Under the pieces are notes generated by a model that was given only the letters and a program-made list of their open reading frames with translations, did not search any database and had not been told where the DNA came from. A stretch of 63,911 bases of DNA, counting the filler, from Sphacelaria rigidula (taxonomy: Eukaryota): the NCBI GenBank assembly GCA_964200075.2. It is 11 parts of 11 records of this genome, joined end to end, with 100 filler letters (N's around TTAATTAATTAA, not from the genome) between each part and the next. Parts side by side here need not be neighbours in the genome. Positions count along the whole stretch, not along the records: positions 23,279 to 28,997 come from CAXNAA020024989.1; positions 29,098 to 34,816 come from CAXNAA020024990.1; positions 34,917 to 40,635 come from CAXNAA020024991.1; 8 more parts are not named here. One strand, 5' to 3'. Shown here in pieces: positions 23,716 through 36,624 of this stretch (position 1 is its first letter; every line of letters starts with the position of its first letter). Made by a program: the position numbers and the translations under genes.

Positions 23716-24225
23716 TCATTCGTTTCGGTTTTCCCACGTGCGCATTTGAGGAAACCGGGGCTGTCTAACGAAGCTCGAGACTGACTTCAAAGATCCAGCC
23801 GTTGGTTCGTTTCGTGGGGAACACCACAACGAAAATATACCATGAACAGAGGCGTCTGGCAAAAACAGTATACAGAAACCTCGCGGAGGTGCACACGCTT
23901 TGAAGAGGATTCGATCACCCATTCGAATCTGAACGAACACGTGTAAATGCGGGGGCTTCCGAGTAGCCCTGGTGATTGGCGTTTCTAACAGCATATTACT
24001 TGCTTCGTCATTAACCAGAGACGACGTGCTTACCCACTCTGTACTTATTCTCCGAACCGATACGAGCTCTTAGTCTAGCGCCTCGGTCACTATGTTGGGG
24101 TTTGTGTCCTCTATTTTCATCATTCCCTCTGCTCTCAAGGCACGGCTGCAGCATAATCCCCATTTGATGTGACGGGAAAAATCCTGGCAAGAAGCAGTGT
24201 TCGTGACCGATCGTTTCAATTGCGT
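23716..24225 (-). CDS. Possible downstream exons (24034-24225 and 23716-23855) of the contig-5 gene
   Basis: CTGTAG / GTAAGC and GCCAG splice sites, mutually phase-1 compatible and open; link to upstream exons unresolved. Confidence 0.35.
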
Positions 24226-25165
24226 CTACAGTATAGTTTGGGGCAAAGACGCAAAGATATATACCTTTCCTAGTCCGAATACTCCCCCCCCCCATAACAA
24301 AAACATCAACATGAACAGATGCATTTCTCAGTCTGAAACCTGTAGAGTACGTCTCGTCTCCTCTCCTCACACGAAAAATGGGATCACACGCATTTTTTCT
24401 GCCTGTCGCCGCAACTCCCACAACAACCGTAGAGAGTACCTCCATGGGTTTAAGAATCAAACCCTACATAGTGCGGGCATGCGTATCTATATACAATGGT
24501 GCTCTAGTGAAGCATTTTCGGTGAGAAACACAAAAACGTCGAGGGCTGTTCGATCAACAGGGAGATCCAGTTAAAAATCAGGAGAAGTAGAGCAAGCGGA
24601 GTAAGAAGGGGTAAACGTGATATTGAACGGGAATGTGAAAATGCCAGTGAAAGCCCAAGTGTAAACAAAATGAAAAAGGAGGGGGGAAAGTACAAGTAAA
24701 GGGAACGCAAACATAAAGAATGAAGTACGCATACCGATATATCGTTCGTCTTTCTTCGTCCAGGCATGAATACGCAACATAAAGGAAGCCATATTTGCAT
24801 ATTGTCGCACGTCGATCCTCTTCTCTTCCTCGGGACGTGTCCGTCGTCTCAAGAGGCCAGCCCATCTCCCCAGTGATGCACGCCTTGCATTTTGATCTCG
24901 CGGAGTGGGTCAGGACTTCCGTACAACGTCCATCTTCATCAATCAAACGTAGTCAACTACTTTTGTTATCCACTCACGTACACCAGCCCGCTTTCGACGG
25001 TGGAAATCATACTCCTCGAGGACAAAAGCTAAGGCATCTGGCAGGAATGGAACCCACGTACTCTCCACCCTGATGGTGACAGCTCGACCATTACACCACA
25101 GGGGCGCGGCGAGAGCGATACTTTACACGAGCACCGATCATAAACAAGCAGACACGAGCACAAAC

Positions 25166-25344
25166 CTCGTGTGGTAGAACACGGCGAAGATTCGGAGGTG
25201 TTCCCGCAGGAGGCCCCACTTCTCGAGGCATACTCCATCGGTTTCAGCCGTTGATCGGAGAGGATACACCGTCCGCCATGCTGAGGTTTCGTGGTCTTTA
25301 TCGCTATGGCCGGCGTAAACGTCCTTCTGTGATGGCTCCTCCAC
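25166..25344 (-). CDS. Exon VEEPSQKDVYAGHSD...LREHLRIFAVFYHTR, uncharacterised protein
   Basis: AG acceptor, AG|GTTTGT donor, open, in phase with 26435-26770. Confidence 0.5.
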
Positions 25345-26434
25345 CTTCATGAATACCGATGATGGATAGCACAGAATGCAGGAGAGCGCGTGGTTGCTCG
25401 CTTGCTTGATTGACATACGAATTGGTCAATTGATTGTTGATCACCCCCCACATAGGAAGAATAAAGTACGAAACACAGTGGACCATTCCGTTGGCGGAAC
25501 GGTCAATTGATTGCGCAGTTGACTAACGTATCAATCGATCGATGAAATGAATGTTTTGGTTGGTCCAATGATAGTCTTCTTCCATCTTGGCAAAAATCAC
25601 GTAACATTCAGTAGTGATTTAGGCCGTGGACTGGTGGATCAAATAATTGATCGATTAAGCGATGGTCTTCTCCCATCTGGCCAGAAACGCACGAAACGCA
25701 GTGGTCCGTATCATTGACTGACTGATCAATCAATCCATCGACGCAGTAATGGATTCATGGACTCAACGATGATCTTTCACCCGGGCAAACCAAATGAGCA
25801 GGAGACGAAGAGACACAAGTCTCTCATCACCTCGATGGACGTCAGACGCCATATCTGGACTCCTATGATGGGTCGACTGCTGAAACTACCCGAATGCCAA
25901 CTACTCTGGCGATAACACAAGCCAAGTGGTTCGGGACCCATGGAATACACAGTACCGTGCGTATGCTGTCAATCGTCTCCTTCCAGTGGGGCTACAAATC
26001 AACTGCCGCACCCCGGTGGTGTAATGGTCCGACTGTCGCCATTAGGGTGGAGAGAACGGGGGTTCGATTCCCGATGCGTTGCGTTTTTTATTCATGTATG
26101 ATTTCCACCGCGGAAAGCGTGAGAACGTCAGTAAACAAAGTAGTCAACTGGGTTTGTGTGACGTGAGTTGACGCGGGGCGGAAGTGCTGGCCCAATCCGC
26201 GAGATCAAAATGAAAGGCACGTACCAGGGGAGAGATGGGTCGATCACTTGAGACCACGGACTCATTCCGAGGAAGGGGAGGGGTTCAAAGAGCGAGAAAA
26301 AAAGAAGTGGTTCGGGATCCATGGAATACACAGTACCGTGCGTATGTTGTCAACCGTCTCCTTCCAGTGGGGCTACAAATTTCATTACGACTCAAGGCTC
26401 ATACGGGAAGGGAGGCCCGAATAAAGCCACTCAC

Positions 26435-26770
26435 CCACAGGTCGATAATCGTTCGCAGGCTTGGGACACCCCCCCCGTCGTCTTCCATCCCGTGCCCGCC
26501 CACTCCGGCGTCTTCGTTGTCTTCCTCGTAGACATAGTCGTCGGAGCTACTGCAGCCACGGTTCGAGCCCGTCGCTGCCTTTCTCTGGGAAGCTCCCCTT
26601 GGATTCACAGATGGCGCCACCAAAGTCACGACCAGATCCGAGCCCTTTGTTGTTTTCCGACAAAGGCGTCGGGAATCGCGTGGGTGTAGAGGGGACGACA
26701 ACTCGGGGTAACCAGTAGTGCGACTCAAGATATACCAATCGCGACTGCGGAAGGCACTGCCCTCCGCAAT
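26435..26770 (-). CDS. Exon IAEGSAFRSRDW...DDYVYEEDNED...TIIDLW, uncharacterised protein
   Basis: CTGCAG acceptor, GTGAGT donor, 336 nt open, phase 0-0. Confidence 0.55.
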
Positions 26771-26854
26771 CTGCAGACCACGGGCATGGTGCACACCACG
26801 TTCCAGGGGATTTTCTCCAGCATAGGGGGTACTTACTCCCTTACTGTTTTCTGG

Positions 26855-28140
26855 TAGATTGATTGACTAATTCGATTTTATTCTCACACATGAACGGATT
26901 CCCGAGGGATCTCGCCGTGGTCACAAGATATACGTACCCAAGAAATAGAAATATCCCACTTGTAAGAGAAAAGTGAGGGGGGGGGAGGGGGGGAGTAGAT
27001 GGAACGAACGGAGTAAACTGGCAACCAAAACCACAACAAGACCAAACCAAAGTCAAAGCGAAGCCAGCGAAAGATGAAAAGAAGGGAAAGGAGAAGCACT
27101 ACAACACACAGGAAAAACTTGACTACGCGACATAACTGCCGAGAAGGGCAGCAGCCATGAGGCAAATGGTCCATATCAAGTTGTAATTCCGATATAATCA
27201 GGCCCCAAAGAGTTTCAGATCTTCGGGTGACTGACAAAACAAATCTACATGGGTTTGAGGGGGGGATGGGGGCGTACTCATTTGTTGCTTGCATAAGTCC
27301 TTTAACCATTAACCACGCATCCCTTCGAGAGGGAGCACCGTTCCTACTCCTATCAGAGACACCTTCAAGAGTATGGCGCTCAGTAAGTTTATTTTATACA
27401 TCACTCAGAACCATTTACGAGTGATGCTACGATAGGGTTGCACTTTTTGAGCGAAAATGTTTCTCGGGGTGTTCCACGGATAATTTCGAGAATCGGCATC
27501 ATTTTCACTTGAAATAGACTGAAAATGATGCCGATTCATGAAAAGGCCCCTGTGTGCATCTCCATGTCCTGTCCCCGGAGATTTGGGTTGCACAGTAAGC
27601 CCCATATATTTAGGCTCCTACAAAAAGGAGACCCAAAAATAAAAAGTGCAACCCCCATCGTGGCATCACTCGTACGTATCTTACCCTCTTGATGGTTCAC
27701 CTTTTGTGGCCACCATCTATGCCCTAGCGTTACGACCGTTTTCTCGCTGCTATCTAATGCATCAAACGATTCCATGTCACCTTGATTTACTTCCCACATT
27801 TCCCCCAATAACACATCCCGTTTCTCCTTGCATAGTTCACATCTTTCCATTATATAAGTTCTACTCTCTATTGCCTTGCCACGGAGGCAGTCCTGTGCAT
27901 TTACGTCTTCGTCCACTCGACTACTGGTATATCTTTTCCTCCTGGCAGGTCCAGGTCCCCCACCCGAATCGCAGCTTCGACTTTTTCGCAGTCAGTCGGT
28001 TGGGCCACGCAGATATGTTTTCATCCCATTCCCCCCTCTCAACGCCCGTATATCTTCAGGTGCTCTTCCTCGTCTACGCTCCGTCTGAGCGCTTTTCCCC
28101 CCTAGTTTCCATCATGTTCGTACTTTTTTCTTGCACAAAT
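26855..28140 (-). mobile_element. Non-LTR retrotransposon 3' end with degenerate CCHC knuckle and 3' UTR, interrupted by a MITE
   Basis: QDCLRGKAIESRTYIMERCELCKEKRDVL..ESFDALDSSEKT; colinear with 35580-36070. Confidence 0.8.
27419..27671. mobile_element. Sola2-like MITE, subfamily A
   Basis: TIR GAGTGATGCTACGATAGGGTTGCAC; flanks TTAC/GTAC; interior matches 39568-39819 in reverse. Confidence 0.85.
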
Positions 28141-30153
28141 AGAGGAAGGGACGGGGGGGACTTGGATCGGGAACCCTCAGCACAGGTTACAAGTATTGTA
28201 GCTGGACCTTCAGTATAAGTGTGTCCTGAAAGGAAACATACACTGTATGAGTCATCATCCCTCATCTAGATGAAGCCCGAGCATTGCACTTTGATATCGA
28301 TAGTGCTGGTGTACCGAATACATTATCAACTGTGTAGATTATAGGTCCAACACTTGATACAAGGATACAGTACTTGATGTAGTTCCACTATCGACACCGC
28401 TTGGTTTGGTTGAATGATTGGAGGATTGATTGGAGTATGACATTGTATTGACGCAGCAGTAATGTGCCAAAATAAGAAATTTCGAACACAACTATAAAAA
28501 AAAGGAGTTATGCACGTTTACCCAGGTGCCAAAACCCGACCTTCGGATAATGACGGATATTGACGGTACCACAATCTACTACAGTAAAGGGCATTTTGTG
28601 GCATTTTGTGGCATTTTGTGATTTTTTAGTAATTGGCGATTTGCTTGGGCTCTTTTCGCTTGCCACCGCTTATCACATCGGGGATCTGAAGATGTTTCTA
28701 TCTGCTCCACATTCCAAGAAAAAATCATCTGTACTCAAAATTGAGTGACTTTTACGGTCTGACCGGTCATCGGGGGTCCTGCCGCGTTTAAGCCCAGATT
28801 CTTACTCTGCTGTGTTTTCGGTCGATCGAGCCCTTCCCGATCACATTTGTTGAGAAATGTGCAGCTTTGTTTTTCGAAAGTATGCCTGCTCATTGAACTA
28901 GGGCCGAAAAACTGTGTTTCACGGTCATTAGCACCCTCCTGATGAACGGGGTGTTTACTCGTTTCGCTCGATAACATCAACCAACACTGACTTGGGCNNN
29001 NNNNNNNNNNNNNNNNNNNNNNNNNNNNNNNNNNNNNNNNNTTAATTAATTAANNNNNNNNNNNNNNNNNNNNNNNNNNNNNNNNNNNNNNNNNNNNGTG
29101 AGCTGCATCCTGCTAAGACTGCTGGGTCCGAAGCCTACTGATAATCTTGCATTCGGATGATAGCCTACAATGAGTTGCTTTATTTTGTGGTATCGACACT
29201 TCCAGAGACAGCCACGACTTTTACACTGCCTCACGAGTGTGTAACCAGTATACATGGAAGGGAGAGAAATATCCGGAATAAAGACAACAACGACTATTAT
29301 AATAGACAAGCCATGAACACTCTGAAAGCAGGAAGGGTCACTGGACGACTGGTACCAATCGTTCTGCCCAGACGTTCAATTCTACTGGACGGCGTTTCAT
29401 GCTTATTTGTTTGGATACCTTGCAAGCATCGCCCCCCACCGGCGCACGAGCCGGGGATGGGGAAGCGCGTGATACAAGAAAGCCCTGCAGGATTGCATGT
29501 AGTCCGCGCGTTGGTTTGGTGGGGATTGTTACGTTTCAACAGCCCAGCGTGCAAATGAGATCATACAGCATTCGTTTTTACTCTACTCAGACTTTCTCCG
29601 GAGAATAGTGTGTTCCAAATGGTTGTTGGGGACTTTTGGTACGAAGAGCCGGTGCGTGCATACGAAAACCACGCTGTACTCTGGCTGGTCATTGTCCAGA
29701 GTTTTTGCCGGGCAATGGTGTTGCGGACAGCACCCTGTCTGCTTCTTCTCGGTGTCGGTACACATGTCCAGCCCTGTGTGGACAGCGAGGGTACTGTAGT
29801 ACCCTCCCTGCCCCCCAGCCCGCTCCACTGCCCTCCCCGAAGCGGCATGGTTGAAACATGACAACGATAAATATGGGCAAATCGTGATTTGATTCCTCAG
29901 ATGCGTGTGCACTACTGCGCATCACATCTGATTCCATCCCGTAAAGACACCCCATTACAACAGTCAGTGTCGTTATCGACACTACACGCGGGGCGGAGCG
30001 CTCGGTCGTTACACAACAGTGCATGTCACTTGAATCGTGTCACTGGTTTTTCTTTTCAAAGTATACGTTCGACGGCGCTCTCTTTTTGTTTATCTTCATT
30101 GGCAGAAAGAAGCGCTTCCTCCGAGGTCAATTTGTGTCCCTGGTCTATACTCG

Positions 30154-30460
30154 TACAGCAGCTCACGCCTCTGACGTAGGTTATTATTACTATGGTTGTG
30201 TTCCGGTATCGATATTATGGCTATGTCAAAACAAGTTCGATGTATCGTATCGTATCATATCGTATAGTATAGTATAGTATAGTATTGGTGATTACAGCAG
30301 CTAACGCCTCTGACGTAGGTTATTATTACTATGGTTGTGTTCCGGTACCGATGCTATGGCTACGTCAAAATAAGTACAATACGATGTATCGCATCGTATC
30401 GCATCGTATCGCATCGTATCGCATCGTATCGTATAGTATCGTATCGTATCGTATAGTATC
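30154..30460 (+). repeat. Tandem duplication of ~135 bp, each unit ending in (ATCGT/ATAGT)n pentamers
   Basis: TACAGCAGCT.ACGCCTCTGACGTAGGTTATTATTACTATGGTTGTGTTCCGGTA occurs twice. Confidence 0.9.
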
Positions 30461-31503
30461 GGTGATTGATTTTACTTGATTGACTAATGGATGGATCGAT
30501 GGTCACACGTTAATTCATTTACTACGAAATCCACTCGTGGTCATAAGGTAGAGATACCCGAGGTGAACAAACGAGACACTAGCTGAAGGAAACCCGAGAA
30601 AAGAGCAAAAATAAAGGAGAAAGAGAGGAAAATATACAGAGCGTACTGATGAAACTGAAAAAAACAAAAACATGAGGAACGCCGGGCTATGTACTACTAC
30701 TGGCCCCGAGAAAAGGCTTGATGGGTCCCCGCCGGTGCTCCAGGTGATCCTAGCCCTAACTGCTGCATATCGACGCTTCAGTGGGATTCTTGCTGCGACT
30801 GCAGGTTTCCTCTTCCCCCAGAATCACGAGGTTTCTGATGGTGTCTCGTGTACGCACGTGTCTTCGATACGCTCATACACTATTAGCTTTGTGTTTATTT
30901 CTACGCTTGCCTTGTACATTTATTGCACGTCTGGTGCAAGCACCGCGGCGCTTGATTTTGAAGGGAGATGAAATACGAAATGGCGAGTTATTCCTGCCCG
31001 CGACAACTCTTCTGGCGAGGGTCCCTCAGCAGCAAGTTGTGGCCATTTCGGCTCGAGCTACGCTATCGTCCACCAGCGGCGGAGTAACGTCCGAGATTGT
31101 CCCAATATATCGATATCTTGGCTGCGCCAATCTGGCAAGATTAACAGATGTTGTTGTCTTCACATGAAAAACCGTTCCGATATCTGCGCGGTACACTCGT
31201 ACTGGGCATNNNNNNNNNNCCTTCCGTGGTCACAGGCTAGCAACAAACCAAAAAAGCAAAATAGACCCAGATTAAAACTCACAAAACGCGATACAAGCAA
31301 AACAGGGGTCAATAATAAAGAAGAGAGTAACAGTAATATGTATATATATATATATATCACTTCTATCTACCGGCATACTTCCCTGCAGAAAAATAACTAT
31401 GTAAATTATTATGTCGACACGTTGGTTTCATCTCGATTGTCATCTGACTTGTCATTCCGTGCTACTTTTCTTCAATGGGCGGACGACGAACACGACATGC
31501 CAG

Positions 31504-33299
31504 TGCCGAGCTGCGGGAGCTATGTCTGGACCACTGCGGCATAGGGAACGCGGGTGCTACTGTGCTGGGACTTGCACTCGGGGGAGGGGCGGTGAAGAAG
31601 AGCAACGTTGCCGGTAAAACGGGAGATACGAGCATACGGCGCCACGATAGTACTTTTAGAGCACATTGTCTGGAAGTACTATTTCGTTTTTAGTTTCCTC
31701 TGCTCTTCGATTGTATCATTCAGTGACTACGCCGAGAATTGATTTCAAATTAATCTGTGTCGCCGAGTCCCGGTTGTGTAACTGATATGGATACCGCTGA
31801 AATTATTAGGGGGCCGGAGATTGCGGGTTTGGTTTACGGTAAACTGTACTGTATGTAGGTCCAGTTTTGTTTTGTTTTCCAAGTTGTACCTGTTTTCCGT
31901 CGTTGAAATGTGAGGACATGAAGAACAAAGAATGCTCATGAGGCGGGAGAGCCGACGCGGTGCGGCAATCCTGATAGTCATGACCCAACCCGTGATACCG
32001 AAACGCAGGGTGTATGTATGTACGGGGGAAGAAATGAGTTGCTTGCTGGGGATCATTTAACCTATATCTCGAGGAAGGGCAGGGATTAAAAGTATTAATG
32101 AAAACAAGTGAAAAATAAATAAAACTCCGCGCTGACTGTTCGACTCCTGCTGAATCTTCTTGTTGCTCGGAGGGGAAACTTCCCCAGAAACTTCAAGCCG
32201 ACTACGGCTTGCGAGCGATGACTTAGCGCATGAAAGACACGTACTCGCTTCCTGAAGCTCTGCTCAAAGCAATGAGAAATAGAACCACTCAGTGCTTGTC
32301 TGGTGGCGTCGGGATCGCCGCTTAGCTTGCCAGTACTGTCTGTCTCGTTTCACATGGACCTATGACTCACGAAGTACTCACCGATGTACCCCGATATGCA
32401 AGCCTTCATTCCTCTCTATGTTACTACGCACGGGCAGGGGTCAGAGGAAATCGTGGCATGCTTTCCCCAAGAAAGCTCGTGTTGTCCGGAAACCCGATCG
32501 GAGGAGTTACAACCACAGCCAAAGTCTTGCGCGACATGCTCACCACCCGCGGAAATCGTTTGGAGGTACCGTACTGAGCCTCTGTAAAATCTGGATAGCC
32601 AAAGTGCAACCCTGACTGATGCTGTACGAGAGTGGGTGGACACCGCTTGTAAGTGTACTCCAGATATATTCCGCTCCCACCAGGCGGTGTTATCCCGCTA
32701 CAATGCTGTTTGTTTGTTACTCTGTACAAAGTGTTGCATTTTTTCGCCTTCTTGCGAGCTTTCGGCATCACAGAAGTCCTCCGTGAAATGGATGGGAAGC
32801 AGTATTGTAGTGACTTACATGTGACTCGACCATTACTGCCGACGCGCCGTACACCCTGCTGGCGGAGCTCATCCCTATGGTACAGCGGTATTGATGCATC
32901 GATGGTTTTCGTTTTGCCAGTTTCTGCTTGACAGTTTTGGTCGTCACGCATTCTTTTGATCGGTAATCGTTCAGTCTTTACCCATCAAATGAAGGAACTG
33001 CCATGATCCATTTTGTTTGTGATCGAAGGGCGAATGAATGACTATCCACGTATATCCCCCCCGGAACGATCGATGAAAATCCCCCCTCCCCTCACCGATG
33101 ATCCAGCTACAATTCCCAAGGAAACACCTTCAATCCGCAATCCCGGCTCGTACACACCGGTAGGTGCTGGGCTTGTCTTCTTGCAGCTGGACAGATGACG
33201 ACATGTCCGTCCTGTGCAAGGGAATAGTGCATCCCCGTTGCCATCTTCACACCCTCACTTTGGCAAACAATATCGACTTGCGAGACCGCGGAGTGGAAG
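31504..33299 (+). CDS. Ribonuclease-inhibitor-type LRR protein, exons 31504-31613, 32438-32565, 33164-33299
   Basis: LRELCLDHCGIGNAGATVLGLAL; RKLVLSGNPIG; RLE|VLGLSSCSWTDDDMSVLCKGIVHPRCHLHTLTLANN; canonical splice sites with matching phases. Confidence 0.88.
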
Positions 33300-34005
33300 G
33301 TGGGTTCAGGGCAAGACACACGGGCCGGAGTGGGAGGTCGGCGACACCCGGCAAAACACACACCTCCGTTTTACTGTGCGCGCTCTTTGAGGTTGGTGAC
33401 CCCATTAATGCGGCACGTGGGCGCAAGCACGGTGTGGTGTACTCGATCCTCGGGAAGTGCGCTCGTAAACGATTTTATTCTGTTCGGCAAGTCTCTCCGC
33501 CTCCCCGGGGTTCGTGCGCGGGGTAGCCGCCGTTGCATGGGTTCACGTTTAAGGTTCGAACTTCAACGGTCAAGCTCGGGGGATCAACTTGAAGACCAGG
33601 ACTTCAACTCGAAGGTGTCGAAGAAAGTCGGGGCTCCAACTTACCTCGCGACTCGAGCACCAAAGCTTCACCTCGAAGGTTATGGAGCTTCAAGTTGACG
33701 AAATTACACGTAAACGTTCAATTTGAACGCGGAACGCTCAAGCTATACCTTCCCTTGAGCTTTGAAGTTTTAAGTTGAACCTCTGAAAGACCGTGAAAAT
33801 TGAACCTCACACCTTGAGATCGGACTCCAGACTTGAAAATTGAACCTTCGAAATTAAAGTCGAACCTTCGTGTTGACGCACACCACTAACTAACCCTAGC
33901 CTTAACTCTGACCTTTAGCTTGAGCGGTTGAGCTACAATTCAAACTTCTAAACTCTCGACATGAACGCTCAAACGAAGGTTAAAGTCAAGACCCACGGTC
34001 CCCAA

Positions 34006-34252
34006 GTGGGAGCTTCATGATCTTCAAATTTGAGCGTTCGAGATGAAGTTGTGACTGACTTGGACTTGCATTGGAGCTTCAGTGGGAGCTTCATGACCTT
34101 CAAGTTTGAGCGTTCGAGATGAAGTTGTGACTGACTTGCATTGGAGCTTCAGTGGGAGCTTCATGACCTTCAAGTTTGAGCGTTCGAGATGAAGCTGTGA
34201 CTGACTTGCATTGGAGCTTCAGTGGGAGCTTCATGACCTTCAAGTTTGAGCT
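34006..34252 (+). repeat. 70-bp minisatellite (3.4 copies) inside a TTCAA/TTGAA-rich repeat region (~33545-34720)
   Basis: Unit GTGGGAGCTTCATGACCTTCAAGTTTGAGCGTTCGAGATGAAGTTGTGACTGACTTGCATTGGAGCTTCA. Confidence 0.92.
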
Positions 34253-35579
34253 TTCGTAAGGAAAATCTGTTTGACCTGCACTTGCAGCTTCGAGTGAAGC
34301 GTTCAAATTGAAGCCCTACCCGTTCACGTGGAACGCTCAACTTCAGATCAATCAAAAAGTTCAACATTTTGGTTGAAGCTTCTATTTTGAACAAACGTAA
34401 TGCCTCAACTCGAAAGTTGAAACGTCAAGCAGAACGTCGGCGCCTCCGCGTTCAAACTAAAATTCGAGACCTTCAAGCTAAGAAGAACAGGAGATCCTGA
34501 AAAATGGGAACGAAATATGTTTTTATGGAAACAACAATAACAAAGTTGGAGCTTGAAACTGTGCAAACCGGTGCCCCTTGAAGGCACCGATGAGACTGAA
34601 GGCCCCCAAAACGTTGAAGGACCGAGCCGAGGGGTTGTGGCACCATTTTGGAAAGGAAATGCGAGTCGCTTGTCTCCGGACTAAAGTGCTCCATGTTCGG
34701 GCTTGAAACTGTTTTTCCCTCTCGCCCAATAAGTAAAAGTATACTACGAGCTGAGCCAGCCTAAAAAACGGATTTAAGCTCTAAAAGCAATATCTCTTCG
34801 ACGCAGACGAGTTGGGNNNNNNNNNNNNNNNNNNNNNNNNNNNNNNNNNNNNNNNNNNNNTTAATTAATTAANNNNNNNNNNNNNNNNNNNNNNNNNNNN
34901 NNNNNNNNNNNNNNNNGGCCCAACTCGTCTGTGTCGATGAGATATTGCTTTTAGAGCTTAAATCCGTTTTTAGGCTGGCCCAGCTCGTACGTCTCATCAA
35001 AACTTGCAATATTTTGAGTGTTGAGTTTTTTTTTTTTTTCCCTCCCACACTGCATGCACATGGAACATGACATTATGTCATCGCTTGTGCATCATATAGC
35101 CAAATGATACCAAGCCGTAGGGGTTCAGTATAATCGCATGCGTGATTGCAGCAGTTGCAGGGGACAGGGGATCCTGGATTGATGGCCCTTTGCTGTGTGG
35201 CCCCTTGCTGTCTGGCTCGTGATCTGTTGGGGATCACTCCGTGATAACAACAAGCTTGAAGAAAGGACTCGTCGGGCACGAGGCCGGTGATACTGGAGGA
35301 GTCCTTCGCTGGAACTCCTCTTGTCCAGACAGTCTGGCAGACGCTATTATTGTTAGAATTCCGAAGCGAAGGCGCAACATGTAGATGGCGTTCCTCGTGA
35401 AGACTTGGGAGCAGAGCAGGAGCACAAAAAGCTTCCTTGTGTCGACTGGGTCGGCACGACAGCAGGGCACAGATCGTTCTAGATCGTGTTTTAGAAGGAT
35501 GCACCCGTTTTGTTTTGTTTTTTCAGTTTACTCCGTTATTTCCATCTGTTTTTATCCCCTCCCGAAAGGAGGAAGAAGT

Positions 35580-36070
35580 AGATGGACAGAACTGCCTCTG
35601 TGGCGAAGGGATAGAGAGCAGAAGTCATGTAGTGGCAGAATGTGAACTATACAAAGAGGAACGGGACGTGAACAAAGGTGGGATGGAATCGTTTGATGCA
35701 TTAGGCAGTAGGCAGAAAACGATGGCTATACTAGGAGATACAGTAGATGGTGGCCACAGACGGCGAAGTAGGACGGGGATAAGATATGTAGAATATTTTT
35801 GCGTAATGTATGGAAGAAACGTAATGAGCGCCGGAATGTTGGAGGTGTCTCTATCAGGAGTAGGAACGGTGCGCCGTCTCGAAAGGGATGCGTGGTCGAT
35901 GGTCAAACGACTAAGGCAAGCAACAGATGAGTACGCCCCCCCCCCTCCCCGCCGCCGCCTATATGTCTTTTTCTTCTGGTGAGTGTTTTTCGTTTTTGTC
36001 TACCTTGGGTATGTCTATACGTTGTCCCCACGGCTGGATCCCTGGCGTATCAGTTGGTGTGTGACAACCC
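35580..36070 (+). mobile_element. Non-LTR retrotransposon 3' end with CCHC knuckle and 3' UTR
   Basis: CLCGEGIESRSHVVAECELYKEERDV; 3' UTR with CACGGCTGGATCCCTG..GTGTGACAA. Confidence 0.82.
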
Positions 36071-36453
36071 ATCACTCGAAACCAACCGATACATTGCACC
36101 AAAAAACATTCGGTGGGTGGTGAGTGCATACGACCACGGCGGTACGCTGGTCGACCATTTGAAGTTATCCTGCGCCGTCTTGAGCCACAAAACAGGCACT
36201 ATTCAGCTACGGCACCAACGTTGTGTGTGGTCTCTTCTACTCTGTTCTGTTGAGCTCTGATCTGTTTTTCCTGTGGCGCTGGGCATGTTGGAACACGTTC
36301 AGGGGGAATGTCTGGCCAAATCGGTGGTGTTATATTTTGTACCGGTTTGATGTTGCCGCCTTCTGTTTTTCAACATCAAACGCCAACATGACAACGATAT
36401 AAATAGTATGAGTTTTGATGCTTCTGGCCGCGCGACTGCCTGCTCCTCTGCAG

Positions 36454-36624
36454 GTGCTGAAGTGGTGCCGGCTCAACGGGTGCGTGTGGAACGGCCAGGA
36501 TTGCGCGAACAAGGCGGCCATGGGGGGACACAGCGACGTGCTGGAGTGGTGCATGACACAAGGAAGGCAGTCGGCATTTTACCCCATCGCGGGAAACAAC
36601 GAACACACCGCATTTAGACACTAG
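36454..36624 (+). CDS. Terminal exon of an ankyrin-repeat protein
   Basis: CTCTGCAG acceptor; VLKWCRLNGCVWNGQDCANKAAMGGHSDVLEWCMTQG. Confidence 0.85.
   Translation: MLKWCRLNGCVWNGQDCANKAAMGGHSDVLEWCMTQGRQSAFYPIAGNNEHTAFRH

Noticed and set aside
23716..24225. MULE transposase reading (FRCGVPHETNQRL) in an alternative frame
   Set aside because: That frame has stops and no DDE core, while another frame is open with consistent splice phases
34006..34252. CRISPR-like array
   Set aside because: Units are contiguous identical repeats without unique spacers; eukaryotic context and no cas genes
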